Below are positions 10,272-20,301 of a stretch of DNA of 64,000 nucleotides, one piece after another. Position 1 is the stretch's first letter, and each line of letters starts with the position of its first letter. Source of the DNA: Actinomycetota bacterium (lineage in GTDB: Bacteria; Actinomycetota; Thermoleophilia; Gaiellales; Gaiellaceae); the NCBI GenBank assembly GCA_046733845.1, contig JBKPPY010000020.1:5534-69533 (forward strand). The letters are read 5' to 3'. The notes under the pieces were generated by a model, which was given only the letters and a program-made list of their open reading frames with translations, did not search any database and was not told the DNA's origin. Both the position numbers and the translations under genes were made by a program.

Positions 10272-11297
10272 TTACCTGATCAGCCGTTTGACGAGGGGCA
10301 CGAGCGGGGCGACGTTGCCCTTGTTGATGATCCCCGATCCTGTGTCGATGTAGAGACCGGCGAACTTGTAGACCTTCGTCATGCAAACCTGCAGGATCGG
10401 CAGGTAGCCCTGCAGCCACTCCTGCTGGTCGAGGACGAGATCCGTCCAGCCTCCCTGGATCGCGGTGATTGTCGCAGGCGACAGGTCGAACCCGGCGATG
10501 CCGATGTCGTTGGGTCCCTTGTGCGTCGCCTTCAGGTACGTCTCCGCCGTGGCGGTGAGACCGCCGTGGTCGGTGACGACCAGCTTAACGTCGGGATGCG
10601 AGCTGACGTATGCGGTGAAGGTCGGGATGCCCGCCGCCGGGTCCGCATTCGTTTGCTTGTTGATCTCGATGTAGTCGACCTTGAGCCCGGCCTTCTTCAG
10701 GGCGTCGATGGCGCCCTTGGTGCGCAGGCCGCGGGTCGGCTGGGAGAGCAGCCCCCAGACCATCGCCCGGTCGCCCTTCTTCAGATGAAGCTGGGAGACC
10801 GCGGACTGGCCGAGGAGGACGCCAGAGTTGTAGAGGTTCTGGCCCACATACCCGAAGCCCTTCGCCTGATAGGCGTGGAAGAGCGTCGGCAACTCGGTGT
10901 TCTGGCTCGTGACGATGATGCCCTTGCTCTCTGCCTTGGTCACCCACGGCTTCAGCGCGGCATCACCCGGATGACCCATGACCGCAATGCCGGCCGGGTT
11001 CGTGGCGATCGCCGACTTGAACTGGTTGACCATCGTTTCCGGATCCCAGTTCGACCAGACGTACCGAACATTCGCGCCGAGGTCGGCAGCCGCCTGCTTG
11101 GCGCCGTTGTAGACGTTGACGGCGAAGACACCGCCGGCAGGCCCACCGGGGAAGAACACGATCTTCTGGCCGCTACACCACTTCCCCGCGAAGGGCGACG
11201 CGTTCCCCTTGCTCGCGACGCCGAGGAACAGGGCTGCGACCAGGGCCACAACCCCCGCAGCGAGGGGCAGCACGGCAATTCGCAGCGCTCGTTTCAC
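10272..11297 (-). CDS. Sugar ABC transporter substrate-binding protein
   Basis: N-terminal signal peptide and a periplasmic-binding-protein type I sequence. GTG 11297 is preceded by GGAAGGAGGGAG. Confidence 0.85.
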   Translation of the reverse strand: MKRALRIAVLPLAAGVVALVAALFLGVASKGNASPFAGKWCSGQKIVFFPGGPAGGVFAVNVYNGAKQAAADLGANVRYVWSNWDPETMVNQFKSAIATNPAGIAVMGHPGDAALKPWVTKAESKGIIVTSQNTELPTLFHAYQAKGFGYVGQNLYNSGVLLGQSAVSQLHLKKGDRAMVWGLLSQPTRGLRTKGAIDALKKAGLKVDYIEINKQTNADPAAGIPTFTAYVSSHPDVKLVVTDHGGLTATAETYLKATHKGPNDIGIAGFDLSPATITAIQGGWTDLVLDQQEWLQGYLPILQVCMTKVYKFAGLYIDTGSGIINKGNVAPLVPLVKRLIR

Positions 11298-11375
11298 TCT
11301 TGCTCCCTCCTTCCAGATACACGCGCGGTCGCGCGAGGCGCGAATCTAACACCGTCCACCCGGGATGTCTAGTTA

Positions 11376-11381
11376 TAGAAT
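11376..11381 (+). promoter_or_regulatory. -10 box TAGAAT, 6 nt before ATG 11388 (leaderless-type promoter)
   Basis: Read directly from an AT-rich patch. Overlapped by the inverted repeat TCTA-N4-TAGA (11368..11379), a possible autoregulatory operator. Confidence 0.45.
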
Positions 11382-11387
11382 TATCGT

Positions 11388-12110
11388 ATGACTAAACGGC
11401 GAACCTACCCCCGCCGCGGCCTGCACGGCGCGGTCGTGCACGAGATCGGGGTACGAATCCTCGATGGGGAGCTGAAGCCGGGCGAGACGCTGCCCGACAA
11501 CGGCTTCGTCGGCGAGGCCGAGGTGAGCCGGACCGTCGTGCGCGAGGCGATCAAGGTGCTCGCCGCGAAAGGGCTGGTCGAGTCCCGGCCGAAGATCGGC
11601 ACCCGCGTGCGGCCGAGGCGGGACTGGAACCTGCTCGACCCCGACGTCCTCGCCTGGCAGATCGAAGCCGGCCCCGATTCCCGGTTCCTCGAGCAGGCGC
11701 TCGAGCTGCGTCGGATGATCGAGCCCGCCGCCGCGCGACTCGCCGCCGAGCGCGCCACGGCCGCCCAGACTGCGGCCCTCTACGAGGCTGCGGAGGCGAT
11801 GGCCGCCGCCGGCGACGACCTCGACGCGTTCATGGAGCCCGACCTCCGGTTCCACAGACTGATGCTGGAGGCGTGCCGAAACGAGCTGCTCGAGCACATG
11901 AACGACGTCTTCACGGCGGTGCTGCGAACGGTCTTCGCGTACTCGTCGGCGAGCTCTCGCGAGTACCCACGGTCCGCCCGTCGCCACCTCGCGATCGTGA
12001 AGGCGATCGAGGCCCACGACCCGGACGCCGCCGAGGGAGCCGTCCTCCGGCTGATCGATGACACGAAGAAGAACCTCGCGTCGACAGTGCGGCAGCGCTC
12101 GAAGAGGTAG
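11388..12110 (+). CDS. GntR/FadR-family transcriptional regulator
   Basis: N-terminal winged HTH (LPDNGFVGEAEVSRTVVREAIKVLAAKGLVESRPKIGTRV) plus an FCD-type C-terminal domain. Confidence 0.85.
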   Translation: MTKRRTYPRRGLHGAVVHEIGVRILDGELKPGETLPDNGFVGEAEVSRTVVREAIKVLAAKGLVESRPKIGTRVRPRRDWNLLDPDVLAWQIEAGPDSRFLEQALELRRMIEPAAARLAAERATAAQTAALYEAAEAMAAAGDDLDAFMEPDLRFHRLMLEACRNELLEHMNDVFTAVLRTVFAYSSASSREYPRSARRHLAIVKAIEAHDPDAAEGAVLRLIDDTKKNLASTVRQRSKR

Positions 12111-12113
12111 GCA

Positions 12114-12119
12114 TAGGAT
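12114..12119 (+). promoter_or_regulatory. -10-like TAGGAT, 9 nt before ATG 12129
   Basis: The same TAGGATCGC string recurs at 18113, upstream of the second LLM gene. Confidence 0.3.
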
Positions 12120-12128
12120 CGCGGGGCG

Positions 12129-13172
12129 ATGCCCCCGCCCTTCCGGATCGGCGTCATGCAGCTGACCATGGAGCCCCTCGAGGAGATCCTCGAGCACGCC
12201 CGCGCGATGGACGAGGGCGGCTTCGACACGATCTGGCTCGCCGAGGCGTACCCGTGGTGGCGGAAGCACTCGATGGAGGCGCGCTCGTCGACCGCGCTCT
12301 CGGCGCTCGTCGCCCGGGAAACCGAGCGGCTCGCCGTCGGCTGGGGGATCATCTCGCCGTTCACACGGCATCCGGTGCAGATCGCCATGGAAGCCCGGGT
12401 GACGCAGGAGGCAGCGGGCCCCGGCCGCTTCTACCTTGGTCTCGGCGTTTCGAAGATCTTCATGCGCCACGCGGGGATCGACTCGAAGCCGGTCGCGGCG
12501 ATGAAGGAGGCGGCGACGATCGTCCGCGGCGTCCTCGCGGGCGAGGAGCTCGACTTCGACGGCAAGGTCTTCTCCGCGCACGTGCCCGCGCTGAAGGACG
12601 ACGCCGACGCTCCGCGTTGGGACGTACCGCTCTATTTCGCTGGAACGGGCCCGATGATGCTCCGTGCCTCGGCGCAGGTTGCCGACGGCCTGCTCACAGC
12701 GTCGATCACGACGCCGGCGTTCGTCCGCTACGTCCGCGGCGAGCTCGAGGCCGCCGGGCGCGATCCTGCTTCGCTCGACCTCGGCTGCACGATCGTCGCC
12801 TCGGTCGACGAGGACCGGGAGAAAGGGCGCGACGGCGCACGCGAGATCGCCGGGATGTACCTCGCGAACAAGGTCCAGAACATCCAGGCCGCGGCCGACA
12901 CGCTCCTCGAGTGCGCCGGGCTGACCCAGGAGGAGATCCTCCCGATCGCGGAGGCGATGGAGCAGGGCGGCCGCCTGGCCGCGAAGGCAGCGGTAACGGA
13001 CGAGATCCTGGACAAGTGCCGACCGATCGCCGGCACGCCCGAGGACTGCATCGCTGCGATCCGGGAGTACCGCGAGGCAGGCTGCACGCACGTCATGCTC
13101 GAGCTGTGGGGCGACGACCGGCTCGGGCAGCTGAGACGCTTCTCTGAGAAGGTGCTCCCGGCATGCAGGTGA
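12129..13172 (+). CDS. LLM-class (luciferase-like) flavin/F420-dependent oxidoreductase
   Basis: TIM-barrel LLM sequence (FDTIWLAEAY..., GLGVSK..., C-terminal GCTHVML). Confidence 0.8.
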   Translation: MPPPFRIGVMQLTMEPLEEILEHARAMDEGGFDTIWLAEAYPWWRKHSMEARSSTALSALVARETERLAVGWGIISPFTRHPVQIAMEARVTQEAAGPGRFYLGLGVSKIFMRHAGIDSKPVAAMKEAATIVRGVLAGEELDFDGKVFSAHVPALKDDADAPRWDVPLYFAGTGPMMLRASAQVADGLLTASITTPAFVRYVRGELEAAGRDPASLDLGCTIVASVDEDREKGRDGAREIAGMYLANKVQNIQAAADTLLECAGLTQEEILPIAEAMEQGGRLAAKAAVTDEILDKCRPIAGTPEDCIAAIREYREAGCTHVMLELWGDDRLGQLRRFSEKVLPACR

Positions 13173-14383
13173 AGATCGACCGCCGCAGCCTGGTCGAGAC
13201 CGCGAGCGCACTCGTCGACATCCCCAGTCCCACCGGGGACGAGTTCGCTATGGCCGAGCACATGGCGAGGGTCTTCCACGAGATGGGGCTGCACGTGCAG
13301 TGGCAGGAGGTCGAGGAGGGCCGGCCCAACGTCCTCGGGACGTGGCGTGGGACGGGCGGCGGCAAGACGTTGATGTTCAACGGCCACATGGACACGTCGT
13401 ACTCCGGCCGCGAGCCATGGCTCGCGGGCCAGCGCGGGTTCAGGCCCGAGGCGCGGGTCGAGGGCGACCACTTGTTCGGGCTCGGGATCTCGAACATGAA
13501 AGGCGCCCTGGCGTGCTACGTCGAGGCGGTCCGGGCGCTCCAGTCGGCGGGTGTGCGGTTGAAGGGCGACGTGCTGATCGCCGCCGTCGTCGGCGAGATC
13601 GAGAAGACGCAGTGGGGCGAAGAGTTCCGCGGCAAGGAGTACCGCGGCTACGCGGCCGGGTCACGCCACCTGGTCGCGCACGGCGGCGTCGCCGACATGT
13701 GCGTGCTCGGCGAGCCGACCGAGCAGCGCATCGTTCTCGGACACTACGGCTCGATCTGGCTGCGGCTGACGACGCGCGGGCCCTTCATCCATACCGCGTT
13801 CAGCGGCGGCCGCTCCGACGAGAACTCGATCGTCCGCATGCGGGCGGTGCTCGACGCCGTTCTCGAGTGGATTCCCGAGTGGCAGGCGCTCACCTCGTAC
13901 GGCGGGACGCCCGGGGTCGTCAACGTCGGCTCGATCCGCGGCGGCTTCCCGTGGCGGGCGTCGCGAACACCCGGCCGCACCGACCTGTTTCTCGATGTGC
14001 GTGTCCCGCCGACGATGCCGATGGCGGAGGCGCGCTCGGCACTCGGCGACTGGGTGCGCAGCCTCCAGGAACGGTTCCCCGATTACGGGATCGACTGGGA
14101 GATCTACGTCACGGCCCCCGGCGCCGAGATCGAAGAGGGCCACGAGCTCGTCCGCGCGATCGACGCCGCGCACACGGAGGTCTTCGGCAGCGCGCCGCAG
14201 CGTGACACCGTCCGCTGGTTCTCCGACGCGAGCGTGCTGACCCGCTACGGGATCCCGACCGTGAACTACGGCACCTCGAGCGGCCTGCCGGGCGCGGAGG
14301 GCGAGAACCTCGAGATCCGTGGGCTGGTCGACACGGCCCGTGTGTATGCGCTCGTCGCGCGGCAGGTCTGCGGCGTCGCATGA
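13163..14383 (+). CDS. M20-family metallopeptidase / ArgE-DapE-type deacylase
   Basis: LVDIPSPTGDE, NGHMDT and GEPTE motifs. Confidence 0.8.
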   Translation: MQVKIDRRSLVETASALVDIPSPTGDEFAMAEHMARVFHEMGLHVQWQEVEEGRPNVLGTWRGTGGGKTLMFNGHMDTSYSGREPWLAGQRGFRPEARVEGDHLFGLGISNMKGALACYVEAVRALQSAGVRLKGDVLIAAVVGEIEKTQWGEEFRGKEYRGYAAGSRHLVAHGGVADMCVLGEPTEQRIVLGHYGSIWLRLTTRGPFIHTAFSGGRSDENSIVRMRAVLDAVLEWIPEWQALTSYGGTPGVVNVGSIRGGFPWRASRTPGRTDLFLDVRVPPTMPMAEARSALGDWVRSLQERFPDYGIDWEIYVTAPGAEIEEGHELVRAIDAAHTEVFGSAPQRDTVRWFSDASVLTRYGIPTVNYGTSSGLPGAEGENLEIRGLVDTARVYALVARQVCGVA

Positions 14384-14928
14384 GCCTCTACCAGCTGCCG
14401 CACGATCTGCCCGTTCCGGTCGACGACGGCGCCTGCTCGCATCTTCCAGGAACGGCCGCGCCCGCACTCGAGCTCGAGTCCTCGGTCGGGCCAGTGGACC
14501 TGGCCGAATTCGCGGCGGAGCGCGCAGTGCTCTACGTCTATCCCCGCACCGGTCGCCCGGATCGGTCGGTGCCGGACGGCTGGGACGCGATCCCCGGCGC
14601 ACGCGGGTGCACGCCGCAGTCGTGCGGGTTCCGCGACCACGCGGAGGAGCTGCGCGAGCTGGGCGCGCGCGTCGCCGGGCTGTCGGCGCAGACGCTCGAG
14701 GAGCAGGTCGAGCTCTCCGAGCGGCTGGGGATCCTCTTTCCCGTGATCGCCGACCCGGAGCTTCGCCTGTGCGACGCGCTTCGACTGCCGACCTTCGACT
14801 TCGAGGGCTCGACGCTGTACAAGCGAGTCACGTTGGCCTTCGAGGCCGGCCGGGTTGCGAAGGTCTTCTACCCGGTTTTCCCGCCGGACCGAAATGCCGA
14901 GGAGGTGGTCGCGTGGCTCGCCTCGTGA
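14380..14928 (+). CDS. Peroxiredoxin-like (AhpC/TSA/BCP-type redoxin)
   Basis: Redox motif GCTPQSCGF. ATGA overlap with the M20 gene. Confidence 0.75.
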   Translation: MSLYQLPHDLPVPVDDGACSHLPGTAAPALELESSVGPVDLAEFAAERAVLYVYPRTGRPDRSVPDGWDAIPGARGCTPQSCGFRDHAEELRELGARVAGLSAQTLEEQVELSERLGILFPVIADPELRLCDALRLPTFDFEGSTLYKRVTLAFEAGRVAKVFYPVFPPDRNAEEVVAWLAS

Positions 14929-15782
14929 CCTTCGACGAGGGCCGCGTCGGCCGGATCGAGGGCGATCAGATCGTCGTCCTGGAGGTGCCGACGATGCGCG
15001 AGTGGTTCGAGCACGGCGGCGCGGCCGAGACCGGCGAGCGCGTACCACTGGCCGGCGCGAGGCTGCGGCCGCCGATCGTCCCGAAGAAGTTCTTCCACAC
15101 CGCCGGCAACTTCCGGGAGCACGAGGAGGAGTCGAAGCAGGTCGACTGGTCGCACAAGATCTCGCCCTGGATCGTCTTCTTCCAGAACACAGACGCCCTG
15201 ATCGGCCAGGACGAGGCCGTTATCTACCCCGAGCACTTGACGGAAGAACTCGACTACGAGCTCGAGCTTGCGGTCGTAATTGGCCGCGACGGGAAGTGGT
15301 TCGGCCCGGACCAGGCGATGGACTTCGTCGCCGGCTACGTGATCTTCAACGACATCACCGCGCGCGACATCCAGCGGCGCGAGATGGAGTCCGGGGTGTT
15401 CTCGTTCTGCAAGGCCATCGATACGTTCTGCCCGCTCGGGCCATGGATCGTCACGCCGGACGAGATCTCGGATCCGCACAACCTGGCGATGGAGCTACGC
15501 GTGAACGGCGAACCGCGGCAGGTCTCGCACTCGTCGCGCATGTCGGTGACGATCCCGGAGATCGTCGCGCACTACTCGCCGCTCGGTTACTCGGCCGGTG
15601 ACGTGCTCTCGACGGGGACGGTGAGCGGCGTTGCCGGCTTCTCGCCGGACGCCGCGTCGCTGTATCTCAAGCCGGGCGACGTGATGGAGGCCGAGATCGA
15701 GGGCATCGGCGTTCTCCGGAATCCCGTGATCTCGTGGCAGGAAGGCCACGGGGAACCGGCGCCGCCGCGCGTGCGGTGGTAG
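14913..15782 (+). CDS. Fumarylacetoacetate hydrolase (FAH) family protein
   Basis: From GTG 14913 the sequence reads VARLVTFDEGRVG... and continues with ELDYELELAVVIG and FNDITARD. An alternative GTG at 14925 forms a GTGA overlap. The upstream 198 codons of the listed ORF are Arg-rich and overlap other genes. Confidence 0.8.
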   Translation: MARLVTFDEGRVGRIEGDQIVVLEVPTMREWFEHGGAAETGERVPLAGARLRPPIVPKKFFHTAGNFREHEEESKQVDWSHKISPWIVFFQNTDALIGQDEAVIYPEHLTEELDYELELAVVIGRDGKWFGPDQAMDFVAGYVIFNDITARDIQRREMESGVFSFCKAIDTFCPLGPWIVTPDEISDPHNLAMELRVNGEPRQVSHSSRMSVTIPEIVAHYSPLGYSAGDVLSTGTVSGVAGFSPDAASLYLKPGDVMEAEIEGIGVLRNPVISWQEGHGEPAPPRVRW

Positions 15783-15785
15783 CGC

Positions 15786-16943
15786 ATGGGCTGGCCCCGC
15801 GACGACGCGAAGCTCGAGCGCGTCCGTGGGCTCATGGCGGAACGGGAGCTCGACGCGCTCGTCGTCCGCGCGCCGGACAACGTCCTCTACCTGACGAACT
15901 TCTGGGGGATGAAGGGATTCGACGCGTGCGTGTTTCCCAGGGAGGGCGAGCCGGTGCTGATCTGCCTCGAGCCGTCGGCGGAGGATGCAGGGCGCACCGC
16001 GTGGACGCAGGAGCTGCGGCTCTTCAGCGGCTACGACCCGGCCGATCCGCGGCCGCCTGGTCTGCGCGCGCTCGACCTCGCGCGCGAGACGGCGGCCGGC
16101 TACGAGAACGTCGGCCTCGAGCTCTCGCTCGGCACCCAGGCCACCGACCGCATGGTCGGCGAGCCGACGACCTACCCGAAAGCCTGGTTCGACGCCTTCC
16201 CCGACGCGGCTGACGCCACGCCGCTCCTCGTCGAAGCCCGCGCTGTCAAGACCGAGCAGGAGATCGACCGCATGCGGCTCGCGAACGAGATTGCCGCCGC
16301 GGCGATGGAGCACGTCCAGGGCGTCCTCCGCCCCGGGATGACCTGCGCTCAGGCGGCGGCCGAGTGGCAGGGCTTCGTGCACGGCGAGGGTACGGGCTGG
16401 GACGGGAAGGTCGACCTCGCCCTTCCGTTCTCGCTCGTCTGGTCGGGTCCGAGCATCAAGACCTTCACCGGCACGACCGCCGACCCGATCGTCGAGGGCG
16501 CGCCGACGCTGTTCGAGATCTGGGTCTGCGCGGACGGGTACTGGGCAGACCATACGAAGAACCTCTGCCCGGGAACGCTCAACCCGCGGTACACCGAGCT
16601 GCTCGACCAACTGACCACCGTCTACGACGACGCGGTTGCGTTCTGCACACCCGGTGCGAGCTTGGCGGAGCTCGACCGCCGGATCCGGGACGGCATCGCC
16701 GCCGCCGGCTATCCCGGCCAGCCGTCCCACCCGATCTGTCACGGCGTCGGCGCCCGGGCGCACGAGCCGCCGTACGCGCACCAGGCCGGCGGGGGCGAGC
16801 TGGCGGAGAACACCGTGCTCGCGATCGAGCCCGGCATCTACTGGCCCGAGGGCGGCGGCCTCCGGCTCGAGGACAATTTCCTGATCACCGCCGACGGCCC
16901 TGAGAAGCTCTCCCCCTTCCCCGATGGCGTCGTCGAGATCTGA
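15786..16943 (+). CDS. M24-family peptidase (Xaa-Pro aminopeptidase / creatinase-like)
   Basis: Creatinase/prolidase N-terminal domain followed by a pita-bread fold (HGVGARAHEPP, LAIEPGIY). Confidence 0.8.
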   Translation: MGWPRDDAKLERVRGLMAERELDALVVRAPDNVLYLTNFWGMKGFDACVFPREGEPVLICLEPSAEDAGRTAWTQELRLFSGYDPADPRPPGLRALDLARETAAGYENVGLELSLGTQATDRMVGEPTTYPKAWFDAFPDAADATPLLVEARAVKTEQEIDRMRLANEIAAAAMEHVQGVLRPGMTCAQAAAEWQGFVHGEGTGWDGKVDLALPFSLVWSGPSIKTFTGTTADPIVEGAPTLFEIWVCADGYWADHTKNLCPGTLNPRYTELLDQLTTVYDDAVAFCTPGASLAELDRRIRDGIAAAGYPGQPSHPICHGVGARAHEPPYAHQAGGGELAENTVLAIEPGIYWPEGGGLRLEDNFLITADGPEKLSPFPDGVVEI

Positions 16944-18087
16944 TCTCGTCTGGACCGGCTCCCTGAGCTACCCGTACCGGATCGGCGGGTCGGTTGGGCT
17001 GTACGACACGACCCTCCGCGACGGCGAGCAGACGGTCGGCGTCGTCCTGAGCCCCGAGGAGAAGCTCGAGATTGCGCGGCTGCTCGACGGGCTCGGCATC
17101 GACCGGATCGAAGCAGGCTTTCCACGGACGTCCCAGGACGACTGGGAGGCGGTCCGGCTCATCGCCGATGCGGGTCTCGACGCCGAGATCTGGGGCTTTT
17201 CCCGCGCCGTCGCCGCCGACGTCGAGGCCCTCGTGGAGCTCGGCATCCGGCACGCGGTCATCGAGTCGCCGATCTCTGACGGAAAGCTCGCGGCGCTCGG
17301 GGTTTCCCGGGAGACCATGCTCGAACGCATCCGTGCGGCGGTCGCGCTGGCCGCCGCGGCGGGCATCACCGTCGCCTTCTTCGGCGTCGACTCGACCCGC
17401 GCCGAACTCGACTTCTTCGGGCAGGCGTACGAGACGGCCATCGACGCGGGTGCGCGCGAGGTCGTCGTTGTCGACACGCTGGGCATCGCCGCCCCCGAGG
17501 CGGTCCGCGACCTCGTCGGCCGGGCGATCCAGTGGTTCGACGGCACGCCGGTTCACTTCCACGGGCACGACGATTTCGGGCTCGCGACCGCGAACGCTGT
17601 CGCCGCCGTGCGCGGCGGCGCGACCTGGATCCAGGGCACGATCAACGGGATGGGCGAGCGGGCGGGAAACACAGATCTCGGCGAGGTCGCGCTCACGCTG
17701 CGCGCGCTGTACGGCGTGGAGTCGAATCTGCGGCTGGAACGGATCCGCGGGGTCTCCGAACGTGTGCGCGAGCTCTCCGGCTACGAGCTGGAGCCGTGGA
17801 AGCCTGTCGTCGGCGAGAACCTCTTCCGGCGAGAGAGCGGCGCGGTCGCGAGCCAGTTCCACGACCCGCCGGCAATCGAGCCGTACTCGTCCGAGCTGGT
17901 CGCCGCCGAGCGCTCGGTCGTGCTCGGCAAGAAGAGCGGCATCGACTCGATCCGGCTTGCAGTCGAGCGGCTCGGCCTCGACGTCCCGGAGGAGCAGTGG
18001 CCGGACCTGCTCGCGAAGGTAAAAGCGGTCGGCACCGAGAAGCGCGGTCTCGTCACCGACGACGAGCTGCGCGCGCTTGCCGAGTAG
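16924..18087 (+). CDS. HMGL-like / 2-isopropylmalate-homocitrate-citramalate synthase family protein
   Basis: LYDTTLRDGEQ and HFHGHDDFGLATANAVAA motifs. No LeuA-type C-terminal regulatory domain. Confidence 0.75.
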   Translation: MASSRSDLVWTGSLSYPYRIGGSVGLYDTTLRDGEQTVGVVLSPEEKLEIARLLDGLGIDRIEAGFPRTSQDDWEAVRLIADAGLDAEIWGFSRAVAADVEALVELGIRHAVIESPISDGKLAALGVSRETMLERIRAAVALAAAAGITVAFFGVDSTRAELDFFGQAYETAIDAGAREVVVVDTLGIAAPEAVRDLVGRAIQWFDGTPVHFHGHDDFGLATANAVAAVRGGATWIQGTINGMGERAGNTDLGEVALTLRALYGVESNLRLERIRGVSERVRELSGYELEPWKPVVGENLFRRESGAVASQFHDPPAIEPYSSELVAAERSVVLGKKSGIDSIRLAVERLGLDVPEEQWPDLLAKVKAVGTEKRGLVTDDELRALAE

Positions 18088-18112
18088 CGAAGCACGACGA
18101 CGACCGGCGTCG

Positions 18113-18118
18113 TAGGAT
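18113..18118 (+). promoter_or_regulatory. -10 box TAGGAT, 6 nt before ATG 18125 (leaderless-type promoter)
   Basis: Read directly. Preceded by the short hairpin ACGACG-ACCGG-CGTCGT. Confidence 0.4.
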
Positions 18119-18124
18119 CGCCGC

Positions 18125-19207
18125 ATGAAGTTCAGCATCTACTCCGAGCTCCAGTGGTGGCCTGGGAAAGAGCCTGCTCAGGTCTACGCCGAGGTGCTCG
18201 AGCAGATCGAGAGCGCCGACCGGCTCGGTTTCGACACCTACTCCGCGATCGAGCACTTCTTCTTCCCGAAGTTCTCGTCCTCGCCGGACCCGATCGCACT
18301 CTTCTCCGCGGCAGCGCAGCGGACGTCGCGGATCAACTTCCGCACGCTCGTGCACGTGCTCCCGTACCACAACCCGATGGTGCTCGCGTCGCGGATCGCG
18401 TTCGCCGACATCCTCATGGGCGGCCGCTACGAGTTCGGTGTCGGCCGTGGCCACGGCTGGATCCCATGGCGCGCGGGGGTCTCGTACGCGGAGATGGTCG
18501 AGCGCTACGACGAGTCGCTCGAGATCCTCTTCACCGCCCTCGAGTCGGGCGGAGAGCCGTTCTCGTACGCCGGGAAGTTCTACGACGTCCACGACGCGCG
18601 GATCGTGCCGCCGCCGCGCGGGAAGTTCCGCGTCTTCACCGGCGGGACCTCGGACAAGACGTACACGCTCGCCGCTTCGAAGGGCTGGGGCGTCGTCGTA
18701 CCGCCGCTTTTGCCGTACGAGGCGCTCCGCGAGCAACTCGACCTGTATCGCAAGACGTGCGCGGAGCACGGGAACCAGCCGGACATCGTCTGGATCCACG
18801 CCTGCTACCTCGACGAGGACCGCGACACCGCGCTCCGCGAGGCCGAGGAGGGGATGAAGGGCTTCCTGGCCGGCAACGCCTCCCCGCTGGTCGAGTACGA
18901 GAAGCCGCCGACCGACGAGCTGACCGCCGCCGGCTACGGCTTCTACACCGCCGGCATCCTCGAAAAGCTCGCGGAGACGCCGTACGAGGAGATGGTCGCC
19001 GGGGACATCGTGTGGGTCGGGACGCCCGAGGACGTGATCGAGCGGATCGAGGCGGTGCTCGACGTCTGCGAGGGACTCACCGAGATCTCGATCACCGTCA
19101 ACCCCGGCAACTTCGACCACTGGAAGGCGATCAAGAACCAGGAGCTGTTCGCGCACCGCGTGATGCCGCGCTTCAAAGCGGCGAAGAAGGCCCGCGCGAC
19201 AGCGTAG
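18125..19207 (+). CDS. LLM-class flavin-dependent oxidoreductase
   Basis: LLM monooxygenase-type sequence (FDTYSAIEHFFF, GVGRGH). Confidence 0.8.
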   Translation: MKFSIYSELQWWPGKEPAQVYAEVLEQIESADRLGFDTYSAIEHFFFPKFSSSPDPIALFSAAAQRTSRINFRTLVHVLPYHNPMVLASRIAFADILMGGRYEFGVGRGHGWIPWRAGVSYAEMVERYDESLEILFTALESGGEPFSYAGKFYDVHDARIVPPPRGKFRVFTGGTSDKTYTLAASKGWGVVVPPLLPYEALREQLDLYRKTCAEHGNQPDIVWIHACYLDEDRDTALREAEEGMKGFLAGNASPLVEYEKPPTDELTAAGYGFYTAGILEKLAETPYEEMVAGDIVWVGTPEDVIERIEAVLDVCEGLTEISITVNPGNFDHWKAIKNQELFAHRVMPRFKAAKKARATA

Positions 19208-19244
19208 GCCGCTGTTGTACGGGTGGTGGGCACACCTCTCTGTG

Positions 19245-19270
19245 GGGACACACCCTTCGGGGTCAGTCCC
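19245..19270. terminator. Hairpin between convergent genes (GGGAC..ACCC-TTCG-GGGT..GTCCC)
   Basis: Inner 4-bp stem with a UUCG-type tetraloop plus an outer 5-bp stem, between stops at 19207 and 19277. Confidence 0.3.
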
Positions 19271-19276
19271 TATGAG

Positions 19277-19843
19277 TCAGAGCTCCGCGCCCTCCCAGAG
19301 CAGGTCCTGGCCGCTGACCTCGATCGCAGGGATCGGGCGGCTCGGGAGCTCCCTCGGCGCCGGCTTCCAGACACCCCACGAGCGGCGGTAGTACATCAGC
19401 GGGGCGTCCTCGTCCACGGCGCCTGCCCCTTCCTCGACCTGGCCGAGCAGGATTACGTGGTCGCCCGGCTCGATCTCGTGGACCGTGACGCACTCGGCCC
19501 ACGCGAGCGCGTCGGACTCGAGCACCGGCATCCCGCTCGCCGTCGCCCGCCAGTCGACGCCCTCGAACTTGTCTTCGGCCTTCGACGCGAACAGCCGCGC
19601 GAGCTCGCTCCGCCCCTCGCGGAGAAAGTTGACCACGAACCGCCCGCCGTCTCTGAGGGCAGGCAGGGTGCGTGAGGTCAGATCGACGCAGACGAGGAGC
19701 AACGGCGGCTCGGCCGAGACGGACGAAACCGCGGTGGTCGTCAGCCCGCGCGGCGTGCCGTCGGCGTCCAGTGTTGTCACCACCGCCACCCCGGCGGGGT
19801 ACGACGCCATGATCTCGACGATGAGGTCGCGATCGACGGGCAC
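19277..19843 (-). CDS. Flavin reductase family protein
   Basis: Flavin_Reduct-type sequence (AGVAVVTT...GLTTTAVSSVSAEPPLLLVCV). Confidence 0.8.
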   Translation of the reverse strand: MPVDRDLIVEIMASYPAGVAVVTTLDADGTPRGLTTTAVSSVSAEPPLLLVCVDLTSRTLPALRDGGRFVVNFLREGRSELARLFASKAEDKFEGVDWRATASGMPVLESDALAWAECVTVHEIEPGDHVILLGQVEEGAGAVDEDAPLMYYRRSWGVWKPAPRELPSRPIPAIEVSGQDLLWEGAEL

Positions 19844-19854
19844 GAGGGTGAAGG

Positions 19855-20301
19855 CTACTCCGCGTTGCTGGAAGCGCCGGCGGCAGAGCCGCCGGCGCCC
19901 AGCTCAGAATCGGGGTCCAGCTCTTCGAACAGCGTCAGCTGGAGCGCCCCCGGCCCCTCGAGCCGTGCGTTCAGCGACCGCCACGGCGTCTCCGTCGGCT
20001 CGGCGATCAGCTCGGCGCCGCCCTCGACCGCCGCCGCGGTCGCGGACCGGGAGTCGTCCACCTCGAGGGCGACTCGAACGTGCCCCGCGACCCGCCGCCC
20101 GACCTCGACCTCGTCGATGAAGGCGGCGTTCTTCGGATCGGTGATCTCGAGCGTCGCCCGGCCGGCGTCGAGGAGCGTCACCTGCCCGCCGTCGGGCGAG
20201 ACCCACACCGCGAGCTCGCCCATCCCGAGCACGTCCCGGTAGAACGCGACCGCCTCGTCGTAGTCCTCGGCCGTCACGACCAGCCTCAGCTGGTGGATCA
20301 C
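19855..20301 (-). CDS. VOC (glyoxalase/bleomycin-resistance/dioxygenase) family protein
   Basis: From GTG 20301 the sequence reads VIHQLRLVVTAEDYDEAVAFYRDVLGM. GTGA overlap with the upstream gene. Confidence 0.7.
   Translation of the reverse strand: MIHQLRLVVTAEDYDEAVAFYRDVLGMGELAVWVSPDGGQVTLLDAGRATLEITDPKNAAFIDEVEVGRRVAGHVRVALEVDDSRSATAAAVEGGAELIAEPTETPWRSLNARLEGPGALQLTLFEELDPDSELGAGGSAAGASSNAE

Noticed and set aside
14319-14912. Long N-terminal extensions of several listed ORFs. Examples: FAH 14319, AKR 5311, epimerase 6144, LivH 25128, LivM 25904, dinB 38340, CoxS 42263 and BBE oxidase 55181.
   Set aside because: The extensions are Arg-rich, overlap the upstream gene in another frame, and precede a start codon that forms a 4-nt overlap or follows an SD. 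Shorter coordinates were used.
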